Made by a program: the position numbers and the translations under genes. A DNA stretch of 64,000 nt from a virus: positions 34,678 through 98,677 of IMG/VR virus record IMGVR_UViG_3300010396_000007, one strand, 5' to 3'. Position 1 is the first letter of the stretch; each line of letters opens with the position of its first letter. Shown in pieces: positions 21,095 through 29,722 of the stretch. The notes beneath the pieces were generated by a model. It saw nothing but the letters and a program-made list of their open reading frames with translations. It made no database searches and was not told the origin of the DNA.

Positions 21095-21790
21095 CTATTC
21101 ATCAAGTCTGCTACCAGCATTACGAAATGCTTTTAGCAACGAATTGTATCTATCGAAAGCTTTATCCTGTCTAGGTCTTCCGAATACCTCAATCGCTTTT
21201 TCCTCTGTGATAATCCCTTTCAGGATAATCTGAAGCAAACAAGTTCTCCATCCTCTGCGTCTTTCAGCTAGAGGAGCACCGTATTGGTCAAAGTTCATAA
21301 TGGACAATTCAGGCATTTGTCCAAACTGTGCCCAACATGCTACTTCAGGTTTCTCTAATCCACGTATTTGATATAATAGAGTAACCTTATCGGCATGTGG
21401 ATGCTGCACATACCAACAATGTACGCCAGCTTGTCTTAGCTTCGTAATGAACTCGGCATGAGACATTACTTTTCCTATTCTGGCTTCAACATCTGCGTAA
21501 TCATTCGGATTCAGCCATTGGTATTGTTTGGCTATTTCCGAGTTGATTTCTTGATTCTCAGCAATAATTTCCTGAGTTTGATTACTAGGTTTAGTATCTT
21601 GGTGACGCTTTGTAGCATACTCAGCAACTTGTGCCGCCAACTCCGGGGTCATTTTCTGCCCGGTTAGTTCTGCATCGTAAGACTCCCACGGAGCGGTTTC
21701 GCTCAAACGTGTGCCTTGCGCTTTCTGAATTTCTTGTGCGCTTGGTTGTGTCATGCTCTCCTCAAAGCATTCAATAATATGTTCCCCCAT
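21095..21790 (-). CDS. Hypothetical protein
   Basis: Long ORF co-oriented in the late operon. Confidence 0.6.
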   Translation of the reverse strand: MGEHIIECFEESMTQPSAQEIQKAQGTRLSETAPWESYDAELTGQKMTPELAAQVAEYATKRHQDTKPSNQTQEIIAENQEINSEIAKQYQWLNPNDYADVEARIGKVMSHAEFITKLRQAGVHCWYVQHPHADKVTLLYQIRGLEKPEVACWAQFGQMPELSIMNFDQYGAPLAERRRGWRTCLLQIILKGIITEEKAIEVFGRPRQDKAFDRYNSLLKAFRNAGSRLDE

Positions 21791-21931
21791 CCACCTGAAG
21801 TCTATAACACTCTAACTGGTGAGGGTCTTTTCACCCGGCTGTACACACCTGACAGGAAAAGAAAAACTGTATAGTCTTTCATAATTCAGGTAATCCACCC
21901 TACTATAGTATTCCCTATACAGCAAAAAAGT

Positions 21932-21949
21932 GCGGCCCCGTAAGGCCGC
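21932..21949 (-). terminator. Rho-independent terminator
   Basis: gcggcc-ccgtaa-ggccgc with adjacent A-tract on +. Confidence 0.55.
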
Positions 21950-21952
21950 GAT

Positions 21953-22219
21953 TTAGCTTTGGTCTATGGGGTTAAGTGCTCTCACGCAACTCTCGACTAT
22001 GAAATCATAATCCAATGGACCGCATTCAAATCCCCCAAGCGTCCACAGTTTTTCCAAAGCAATTTCGGCGTCCGATTTTACTTCTAGTATCTGTAGAAAG
22101 TTTTCATCAGCCTGTTCTTGTATTTTTCTATGTGTACTACGGAGAGATTTATTAACTTTCCGTAGTACACGATTGTGATGCCTGATTACCGATACTTGCT
22201 CGTCATCCATTTCTGCCAT
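21953..22219 (-). CDS. Hypothetical protein
   Basis: ORF with GGAGG RBS. Confidence 0.6.
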   Translation of the reverse strand: MAEMDDEQVSVIRHHNRVLRKVNKSLRSTHRKIQEQADENFLQILEVKSDAEIALEKLWTLGGFECGPLDYDFIVESCVRALNPIDQS

Positions 22220-22243
22220 AATACCCTCCCGTATTAAGACTGA

Positions 22244-23188
22244 TTAAGCTACAACAGTTACGCTGTTTTCCGCGTAAATCTTCGCAATTGGAAGACCGTT
22301 CATAGGGTTGCCGCTAGAAACGATATCCCCAATTGAGTTGTTGAACGTTGGATACGAAGTTTCTACAACAGAACCACCTTCTGCAACCGCAGTCACAAGA
22401 CCACTTGAAGAAACAGTAACAACCGCAGTAGAAGTACCTGAGGGCTGATATGTGTTACCTGTTAGAGTCTTAAAACCGTAAGCTACATAGGTAAGAGCGT
22501 TTCCACTCTCCTGTGCAGTAGCAGTTCCAGCATGTGTTTCTGAGGCTCCGTTCGGATTCTCAAGTGTTAGAGTTGTAGTTGTAGATGCTGTAGCAATGAA
22601 CGTTCCATTGTTAGAGGCAGTTGCAAATCCTGCTACTACAAATGTTTCACCCTTGAATGCGTTAGAACCACCACCTGTAATAGTACCAGTGTATACAGTT
22701 GTCCCCTGTTCATCTTGTGCAGTTCCAGCATGTGTTTCTGCAACACCGAATTCGTTAACAAGTGTAAGAGTAGTAGTTGTGCTAGCTACGCAAATAAATG
22801 AACCGTTGTTCGATGCATTTACAAATCCAGCAATGATAAAGCTGTGGCCTTGGAATGCGTTAGAACCACCACCTGTGATTGTTCCGGTATAAACCGTTTG
22901 GTTACCACTTGCTGCTGCTACGGCTGATAGTGTAAGTACAGGAGCGGAACCCGCTGCTGCTGCCGTAAGCACGAACTGTGTTCCGGCTGTTACTTCATTA
23001 CCGGCTACGTCCTCTAGCTGTGGATTTAGTTGAAAGGTTTGAGGCCCATTAAGTCCGCTCAAAGACAGTCTAATCTTATTGTAACCATTGACACCGGCCT
23101 TTGCTTCTTGACCCGGAGGTGTTACGTTACCTTGAGATACAATCTTTGCAGCTACGCCCAAACCTGTAGTTTGACTAGGAAAGCTCAT
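22244..23188 (-). CDS. Putative capsid decoration protein with internal duplication and Ig-like C-terminus
   Basis: Two ~60-aa repeats (VYTGTITGGGSNAF...ETHAGTA); VVTVSSSGLVTAVAEG Big_2-like motif. Confidence 0.65.
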   Translation of the reverse strand: MSFPSQTTGLGVAAKIVSQGNVTPPGQEAKAGVNGYNKIRLSLSGLNGPQTFQLNPQLEDVAGNEVTAGTQFVLTAAAAGSAPVLTLSAVAAASGNQTVYTGTITGGGSNAFQGHSFIIAGFVNASNNGSFICVASTTTTLTLVNEFGVAETHAGTAQDEQGTTVYTGTITGGGSNAFKGETFVVAGFATASNNGTFIATASTTTTLTLENPNGASETHAGTATAQESGNALTYVAYGFKTLTGNTYQPSGTSTAVVTVSSSGLVTAVAEGGSVVETSYPTFNNSIGDIVSSGNPMNGLPIAKIYAENSVTVVA

Positions 23189-23206
23189 GTTTTTCTATTC
23201 TCCTTA

Positions 23207-23707
23207 TTAACCTAGGAACTCTACGCGCGCTTTTAGCGTGTAAGTAAGAGTTGCTGCTGCCGCAGATGAAATGACAATATTTGTCCCTGCCTTTGCGTTA
23301 ATTACAAGTGACCCACTCTTGTTGTCACCAGCATTTGTACCCGTGCCAGTTGCCTGAATAGCCGCACCTGTCTCAGCTACGCCAGTATCACCTTCTGTAT
23401 AAGCTGCCGCAGTAGATGGAAGTGTTCCACCTGTTGCAGTCATCTGCACAGCATAAGTAGTTAGGCGGTATAGTCCAGTTGCAGGAACCGCAAATGTCAG
23501 CACATTAGCCTGTGTTGCCGCTGTCTGACTTGACAAAATTGACTTAGCCAGAGCATCGGAAAAAGGTTGCCATCCGTTACCAGCACTGATATATAGTGCA
23601 GCGTTAACAGTATCAACCGCAATATTTGGAGCCTGTTGCGAACCACCAGAAGCTACTGCTCCTAGGGCGTTTGGGTTCCCTTGAAATACTTGATTCAGTA
23701 AACTCAT
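23207..23707 (-). CDS. Putative capsid-associated structural protein
   Basis: Immediately downstream of capsid gene; Ala/Thr-rich beta composition. Confidence 0.5.
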   Translation of the reverse strand: MSLLNQVFQGNPNALGAVASGGSQQAPNIAVDTVNAALYISAGNGWQPFSDALAKSILSSQTAATQANVLTFAVPATGLYRLTTYAVQMTATGGTLPSTAAAYTEGDTGVAETGAAIQATGTGTNAGDNKSGSLVINAKAGTNIVISSAAAATLTYTLKARVEFLG

Positions 23708-23789
23708 TATTTCTCCTTGATGAGTGCACCCATCTTAGGATGCGTGGGGAGTATATTTCAACTCCCCTCAGTTGCTTAATCAGCCCTGA

Positions 23790-24824
23790 TTAGCTGATGG
23801 CAGATGCCGCGTCGATTTCACGGATGCGGATTGTGGTATCCGGTCCAAGTGAAGTCGTAAAGTGAACACGGTAGCTAGTCCATCCGGGGATTAGACCTTC
23901 AGGGTCAGCTACAGTTGGTTCTGCGTTCTGCACAATGTTGCACTTGATGTTCTGCCATTCTCCGTCACCGAAGCCTGTATCTCCCTGCGCACCAAGCTTA
24001 ATGCTGAAGATGCCATCACGTCCGAAGATATAAGTACGTAGGGCCGTTAGACCTGTTACGCTCTTATAGTTCGAAGTTGTGGTAACCTGATTGGTCTGGA
24101 AGAAACGAACACCCGTTGAAGGAAGTTCGATCATTTCAGTTAGGTCTACAGAGATAAGGTCTTCCATGCGAGCAAGACCTACCGGGGTGTGCTTCAGAAT
24201 GTCGATAGGTGAGTCGTTGCTGTTGTCAGCAAGAACGTCGCCAAGGGCAAACGGATGAATTACACCGCAGAATGTCTTACTTGCTTCGTCAAACGGACGT
24301 ACCGAACGACCAGCAAGGCTCTGCACAGAGTTACGAATCTGGTTAAGGCTTAGAGTTGTAAAGCTTGTAAGTGAAGTTGCGCCAAGCTGCACAAGTACAC
24401 TTGAGTCAACAGCATTTGCACCGTCAGCAGTTGCACGGACAAGACCGCTTAGAGACTCGCCAAGGCGATACGCAAGTTCACGCGCAACGTTCTCAACAGT
24501 GTTGTCAATTGCGGTAGCAAGAGACAGACTTGAGAAGTTAGCGTAGTCCGCATATTCACCGATTGTTGCTGTGGTTGTAAGCACGTTGATAGCAATACCG
24601 CTTCCAACAGTACCCTCAGTTGTCTGAGTTGTGTTGGCTGCTAGAGGAACGTACATAAACATTTCGTACTGGTTACCAGACTTCATTGGTAGGTCCAGAC
24701 GCTCCGAGCAAGCAACGAACGGAGTTTGCGCCTTCAGGTTCTCACGGAACTTCTTGTCGTAGTAACGAACCGTTGACTGAGGCAAATTTGACTGACTATT
24801 ACTAGATGGGCTATAACCGGCCAT
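23790..24824 (-). CDS. Major capsid protein (N4-gp56-like)
   Basis: LPMKSG, TEG, EYADY, GVIHP, GVRFFQT, ADP.G motifs; follows scaffold and portal. Confidence 0.85.
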   Translation of the reverse strand: MAGYSPSSNSQSNLPQSTVRYYDKKFRENLKAQTPFVACSERLDLPMKSGNQYEMFMYVPLAANTTQTTEGTVGSGIAINVLTTTATIGEYADYANFSSLSLATAIDNTVENVARELAYRLGESLSGLVRATADGANAVDSSVLVQLGATSLTSFTTLSLNQIRNSVQSLAGRSVRPFDEASKTFCGVIHPFALGDVLADNSNDSPIDILKHTPVGLARMEDLISVDLTEMIELPSTGVRFFQTNQVTTTSNYKSVTGLTALRTYIFGRDGIFSIKLGAQGDTGFGDGEWQNIKCNIVQNAEPTVADPEGLIPGWTSYRVHFTTSLGPDTTIRIREIDAASAIS

Positions 24825-25049
24825 GTTGGTTATTCCTTATAAAAGTGGTTGGTTACGCTTCTCCTCCCAGAGAATAAACACCCATGTCCTTATCGCGTCA
24901 CTTACTTCACGCCAGTAATCCGACTGTGTTTTTCAGTGACCAAGGTTAAGACTTCAACCTTAGTTGCCTCACGCTTTTGGTGGCTCTACAGTAATCCGAC
25001 TGTGAATTCCATTTGTATCGTATTGTTTACGCTAGTCTATCTAGGGTCA

Positions 25050-25505
25050 CTAAGACGATACGTTCCAGATGGGTCTAGCGCTTTTTGCCATACATATAGC
25101 ATGTTTGCCTTTCCCATAATAATTCTCATCAACCGAGTACACTCTATATCCCAAATCGAAATACAGTTTTTGTGCAGGGTTGTTTGCGTCAACCTGAAGC
25201 CAGAAAAAAATGTTCTCAGGTTTTTGATTCATTCCATAAACTGATTCAAATTGCTTAATCAATTTAGTGGCAATTCCTTTACCGCGATGTGCGGGTTCTA
25301 CAGTAACATTGTTAATGTAAGCCGCTCCATGTTTAATCTTACCAATGATAAAACCGATGACTTCACCATTTTCTTCTGCTACCCATGCGTGTCCTTTTTC
25401 AATAGACTCTAATACAAATGATTTAGGAGCAGGTACGTCTTGGTATTTATCATTTATTTCCATGACTTTCGCAAAGTCTTGCATAACAAAATCGCGTATT
25501 GTCAT
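25050..25505 (-). CDS. GNAT (RimI-like) acetyltransferase
   Basis: VTVEPAHRGKGIATKL, LQVDANNPAQKLYFDLGY, NYY; likely start ATG 25505. Confidence 0.9.
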   Translation of the reverse strand: MTIRDFVMQDFAKVMEINDKYQDVPAPKSFVLESIEKGHAWVAEENGEVIGFIIGKIKHGAAYINNVTVEPAHRGKGIATKLIKQFESVYGMNQKPENIFFWLQVDANNPAQKLYFDLGYRVYSVDENYYGKGKHAICMAKSARPIWNVSS

Positions 25506-25506
25506 G

Positions 25507-26430
25507 TTAGCCTCTCGGCTTTCTAGCATCAGCTTCTAGTTTATCTACTAGCTTTCCAAAATTCTTATCACGCAGCAGACGAGTTTTGTACTCTTCTCCC
25601 GGCATAGCTGCAATAGCGGCTAGACCAGTAAGAACCTGTCCGTTTGGCAGCTTATAGGTAATTTCACTACCTGCTTGTAGTGGAACACCAGAGTCCGAAC
25701 TCATTTCACGGGTTAATCCCGATGGAATACGATGTTGCACAACCTGCTCTTGTACAGGTTCTAACGGAGCAATTGGGACTTCAACCACGGGAGCAACTAT
25801 CTCTACTACCGGGGCAGCACCTTCAATTAACAATCCTTGTGCCTTCAACGTATCATATGCTTTCTGGAAGTTAGCTTTTACAGGGGCCAAATCATATCGT
25901 ACCATCCAAGATGTAATAGCTTCGAAATTCTCTTGGCAACGATAATAGTCTGGGTTATCTGCAACGAAAGCATTAGCTTCTAGTTTCGCGCGAAGTGAAA
26001 TTACTTCCTGCTGAGTACTCTGAAGTGTCTTACCGATGGAGTCCAGCGGAGCGCCAACTGAGGCTTCAATTAATTCCTGAGTTGCCTGTGCTGAAGTCGT
26101 AGGGTCTGCTAATCTACGGGCAATATCATAACGTTCTTCGTCTGAAAGGTCGCGCGGGGCAAATTGAATAAATCCATCTGCGTGCTGAATATCTTCCGGT
26201 AATTCTTCCCTTTCTTCGATACCAAGGCGAACTTTCTTAGTCTGTTCGCGCAGCTTGCGTACTAGAAGAACATTCTGCTCAGTAAGCTTGTCGCGTAGTT
26301 CATCTACCGTTGTGTATTTAATTACCTGCGCTCCTCCGATTGGTCTGCCCTCTGCATCGGTAGGCTGATATTTATAAATCTTTTCCTCAACAGGCACAAT
26401 TACCTGTTCAATTTGCTGTGAATTTTCCAC
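25507..26430 (-). CDS. Putative capsid scaffolding protein
   Basis: Acidic, helical; lies between portal and capsid genes. Confidence 0.55.
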   Translation of the reverse strand: MENSQQIEQVIVPVEEKIYKYQPTDAEGRPIGGAQVIKYTTVDELRDKLTEQNVLLVRKLREQTKKVRLGIEEREELPEDIQHADGFIQFAPRDLSDEERYDIARRLADPTTSAQATQELIEASVGAPLDSIGKTLQSTQQEVISLRAKLEANAFVADNPDYYRCQENFEAITSWMVRYDLAPVKANFQKAYDTLKAQGLLIEGAAPVVEIVAPVVEVPIAPLEPVQEQVVQHRIPSGLTREMSSDSGVPLQAGSEITYKLPNGQVLTGLAAIAAMPGEEYKTRLLRDKNFGKLVDKLEADARKPRG

Positions 26431-26953
26431 TGTTCTCCTCCAGTCGATTCACAAAACTCTTCCACTCTTGTAGTGTTAGGTTTCGTTTAATTGTGTTAGC
26501 TTTTTGGCTAACTACCCATACATTTCCTTTAACATAACCCAAATTTGGATTAAAACAATCAAGTGATGGGCTATTATTTGTAAGTTTACCACCTTTTTTA
26601 GATATAGGAATATCCAATAAAGGGCATACATCAGGAACTACAATATCCTCAACTTCTATATTAAAAGGAATATCACGTAACTTTGCTCTTGATTTAGCAT
26701 TTTTCCATGTTTTGTATTCGGGAGTTGTGGATAATCCATGGGTAATTCTAGACTCCCCTAACCGTTGTAACCCTATGCAGCCGCAACTTGTTGTATGTCC
26801 GCTCTGAATCGCTGCTCCACGTCCAATAAATTTATTCCCACAAGAACAAACACAGTGCCAAAATGACCCTTGTTTGTTCGAATGACTATAAGACTTAATC
26901 GTTATATGGTTAAATACCATGTCGGATAAGTCTATATACTCTCCTTTTCTCAT
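26408..26953 (-). CDS. HNH-type homing endonuclease
   Basis: WHCVCSCG, TTSCGC, SPSLD..GYVKGNVWVVSQKAN; C-terminus paralogous to 10654..11208. Confidence 0.85.
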   Translation of the reverse strand: MRKGEYIDLSDMVFNHITIKSYSHSNKQGSFWHCVCSCGNKFIGRGAAIQSGHTTSCGCIGLQRLGESRITHGLSTTPEYKTWKNAKSRAKLRDIPFNIEVEDIVVPDVCPLLDIPISKKGGKLTNNSPSLDCFNPNLGYVKGNVWVVSQKANTIKRNLTLQEWKSFVNRLEENSGKFTAN

Positions 26954-26962
26954 GTTTTTCCT

Positions 26963-27310
26963 TTAAAACAAATTTTCCTCTACCGCGTTACCCTCGTGGG
27001 TAAATTCACCAATATCTAGTGATGCTGCTACGTCAACTGGTTTATCTTGTGGTTGTGCGTGTATATATTCATCTACTTGAAGTTTAATTTCACTTATGAA
27101 TGCTGTATAAAGTTGTGCTGCTACTTTTGCATGACGATGTGCACGAAGAATGTCTTCATCTGTTGTCTGATTTATCCATTTCACTACAAATTGGTCTACA
27201 CAGGCTCTGCCAATTTTCTGAATCACAGCAAATCCCGGTTGGGACGTTACTGAGGCCAGTGCCGATTGCTCTGCTCTGTCCAGATTAACTTCTGGATTAA
27301 AATCTTCCAT
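26963..27310 (-). CDS. Hypothetical protein downstream of portal
   Basis: ORF with strong GGAGG RBS. Confidence 0.6.
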   Translation of the reverse strand: MEDFNPEVNLDRAEQSALASVTSQPGFAVIQKIGRACVDQFVVKWINQTTDEDILRAHRHAKVAAQLYTAFISEIKLQVDEYIHAQPQDKPVDVAASLDIGEFTHEGNAVEENLF

Positions 27311-27438
27311 CTCCCCTCCCCTCCCAAGGATTATTGAAGGTATTTCTCACAATGCCACGCCCGTATGGTAACCTTCTGGCATCCTCACAATTTAAGGGCC
27401 TTTTTTAAAGAAGGAGGCCCACAACCTCTAGCTGGTGA

Positions 27439-29547
27439 CTACTGTACTTCTGGTTCTCCACCGCCTAAACCAACATCGGTGGCTTGTCCTTCATTAGCTT
27501 CGCCTTTTGCGCTATTCAGAACTGCACCTACAATCAATCTTTCCTTGATGCGAGCATCGGCGGATTCTTGCTGTAACTGAGATTTCTGTTCTGCGTTTTG
27601 CTTACTAATAGCGGATTGTGTTGCTAATTTAGACTGCTGTTGAGCCGCCTGCGACTTAGCTGCCATTCGGTCTTTCATAGCTTGAGTCATAGGCTTCACA
27701 ATATCATTGAAGTCTTTCCATTCACTTGCTTCCATCCACATCTTGAGAATCTGCTTGAAGTCAATATACTCTTCGTTAATTTCGGCAAGATTCTGCTGAA
27801 TTGTTGGGTTCTCGAATATCTGAGTAATCAAGGTCATTGATTGGCTCATAGTTCTCTTAGCGGCTAATGAAGCACCCGCTAGAACCTCGTATTCTACAAC
27901 ACCTTCATGGAATTCTTCTAAGTCAACTTCGAAGTCTTTACCCTTCTCTGCACCTAGAATTCTATAAATTTCAGCATCAGAGAAGAACTCAAATACCAAC
28001 ATATCTAGGATGTACAACCAAGGCTTGAAAACCTGCTCAATAAAATTATCAAGTGGCCCGTCAAGTCGTGTTGCACTAGCTCCTGCCAAGTTGGTAGCAC
28101 CTGTTGCCGTGCGTCCCATTGATGATCTTGGGCCTGCTGTTGAGCCTTGAACAAGCTGTTGATCGGCTCCAGAGCTACTTTCGGTAGCTTTCTCGGACTC
28201 TGCCAGCGCGGACCACACATCGGGTGGAACTTTAGGCGAATCAAGTAATTTATACGCCTTATCAACTTCCGTATCTACGGTCAGGATTTTACCCAATCCG
28301 GTGCGAATCATTTGAGTAGGCGAGTTTGAATCGCGCTTACGCAAATACACAGGATTGACACCAAATGACAGTATTTTCAGGATAGCATTGATTGTTCCCT
28401 GATCTACACGTTGGTTTTGTCCTACAATTAGGCCCAGTCCCATTCCGTAAAATGCTCTTGGTCTATTCCACCAATTAGCTGAAAGGAAAGGGATAACTCC
28501 AAATTGATTTTCCCCTGAGTAAAGCTTTTTCTTTCGTTGGATTACAATGATTTTGCGCTGCTTATCCCAGTACTCAAGAACTTCCAACTTCTTAAATAGA
28601 ATGTCTGGGGTTACTTGAATATTGATATCTTCTGCGTGGTGTACTACGCCTTTAACGTATGCTGCCTGTTGGGTAACTGATTCTCCCATATCGCCAGCAT
28701 TAGAAGGCGGCATGAACCATGATTTTAACTCGGTTTCGCTAGGAAGTTCCCAACCCTTTTTATCAGGATGGCCTGCCGGTAATTCATCAATACCTTTAAT
28801 CAAGGCTTGAAGTTGGTAGAAGTCCATGAATCTCTGGTCAATGGCCCAATCCGCTCTACGAATGTCTCCGTAAGAAGTATGAGGGTCCACAAGTACTCTA
28901 TCAATAGGACGGCTCTCTATATAAGGTCTGGGAGCATATCGTTCCGTAATAGTGATCTTAGGTGCGTCCTCTGTAGGGATCATAGCCTTGTCCTGATAAC
29001 CTTCAGGACCAGCTTCTACTTTTGTAACCGTAGGGGTTCGTTTCTTAGTGATAATTTTCTTGTATTCAATACCCCATTTCCAGATTCCTGTGCCAAAAAG
29101 GGCCATCTGTTCAAGGCCAATTTTAGTTTCCATCTTGAAATTGCACTGATCTAACAGGGCCGAGAATAGCGATGTTTTCGCATCCACTACGTTCTGTGAC
29201 GTTCCGGGACGCGGACGCAACACCATTGGAGGGTCCTGATAGAACAGTCCTTTATATAACTGAGGTACGATAGCATTTACAACTTTTGCGACTGTGAAGC
29301 GTTGTACATTAGGTTCCAAAATGTATGTATTTTCGAATACAGACATTGGACGAGGGCTTTGAAAAAGTAGGTCAGAATCACGCCACAATAGCGCGTATTG
29401 CTTATTCTGAATAAATTGCTCTGCCTTACTTGCTGCTCCTAGAACCAATTTTACTTCGGCGCTTTTATTTGTTAATTCACCTTCAGTATTGTAATCTTTT
29501 GGTGTTAAATCCGCACCTGTTTTTGGGCTATCTGATTCTAGTAGCAT
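27439..29547 (-). CDS. Portal protein
   Basis: 702 aa after terminase; LFGTGIWK, VDP, FYGMG, RTATGA motifs of podoviral portals. Confidence 0.8.
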   Translation of the reverse strand: MLLESDSPKTGADLTPKDYNTEGELTNKSAEVKLVLGAASKAEQFIQNKQYALLWRDSDLLFQSPRPMSVFENTYILEPNVQRFTVAKVVNAIVPQLYKGLFYQDPPMVLRPRPGTSQNVVDAKTSLFSALLDQCNFKMETKIGLEQMALFGTGIWKWGIEYKKIITKKRTPTVTKVEAGPEGYQDKAMIPTEDAPKITITERYAPRPYIESRPIDRVLVDPHTSYGDIRRADWAIDQRFMDFYQLQALIKGIDELPAGHPDKKGWELPSETELKSWFMPPSNAGDMGESVTQQAAYVKGVVHHAEDINIQVTPDILFKKLEVLEYWDKQRKIIVIQRKKKLYSGENQFGVIPFLSANWWNRPRAFYGMGLGLIVGQNQRVDQGTINAILKILSFGVNPVYLRKRDSNSPTQMIRTGLGKILTVDTEVDKAYKLLDSPKVPPDVWSALAESEKATESSSGADQQLVQGSTAGPRSSMGRTATGATNLAGASATRLDGPLDNFIEQVFKPWLYILDMLVFEFFSDAEIYRILGAEKGKDFEVDLEEFHEGVVEYEVLAGASLAAKRTMSQSMTLITQIFENPTIQQNLAEINEEYIDFKQILKMWMEASEWKDFNDIVKPMTQAMKDRMAAKSQAAQQQSKLATQSAISKQNAEQKSQLQQESADARIKERLIVGAVLNSAKGEANEGQATDVGLGGGEPEVQ

Positions 29548-29555
29548 TTTAGCTC

Positions 29556-29714
29556 CTACTTCTTTGCTCTCTCATAAATCTTAAACATTAGCGTAGCGTA
29601 CCTATCAAGAAGATATAATGAGAAAACCTTGCCATATACCTTCTCTTCTGGAAAGTCTTTTTCAAATTCTCTAATGATAGACTCTCTAATGGTTTTAATA
29701 GTTTTCTCTGCCAT
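29556..29714 (-). CDS. Small hypothetical protein (52 aa)
   Basis: AGGAGG-ATG MAEKTIKTIRESIIREFEKD...; fills the gap between terminase and portal. Confidence 0.5.
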   Translation of the reverse strand: MAEKTIKTIRESIIREFEKDFPEEKVYGKVFSLYLLDRYATLMFKIYERAKK

Positions 29715-29722
29715 GAAGCCTC

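Noticed and set aside
22244-23188. Diversity-generating retroelement TR/VR pair
   Set aside because: In-frame tandem duplication, differences not adenine-specific, and no reverse transcriptase in the window
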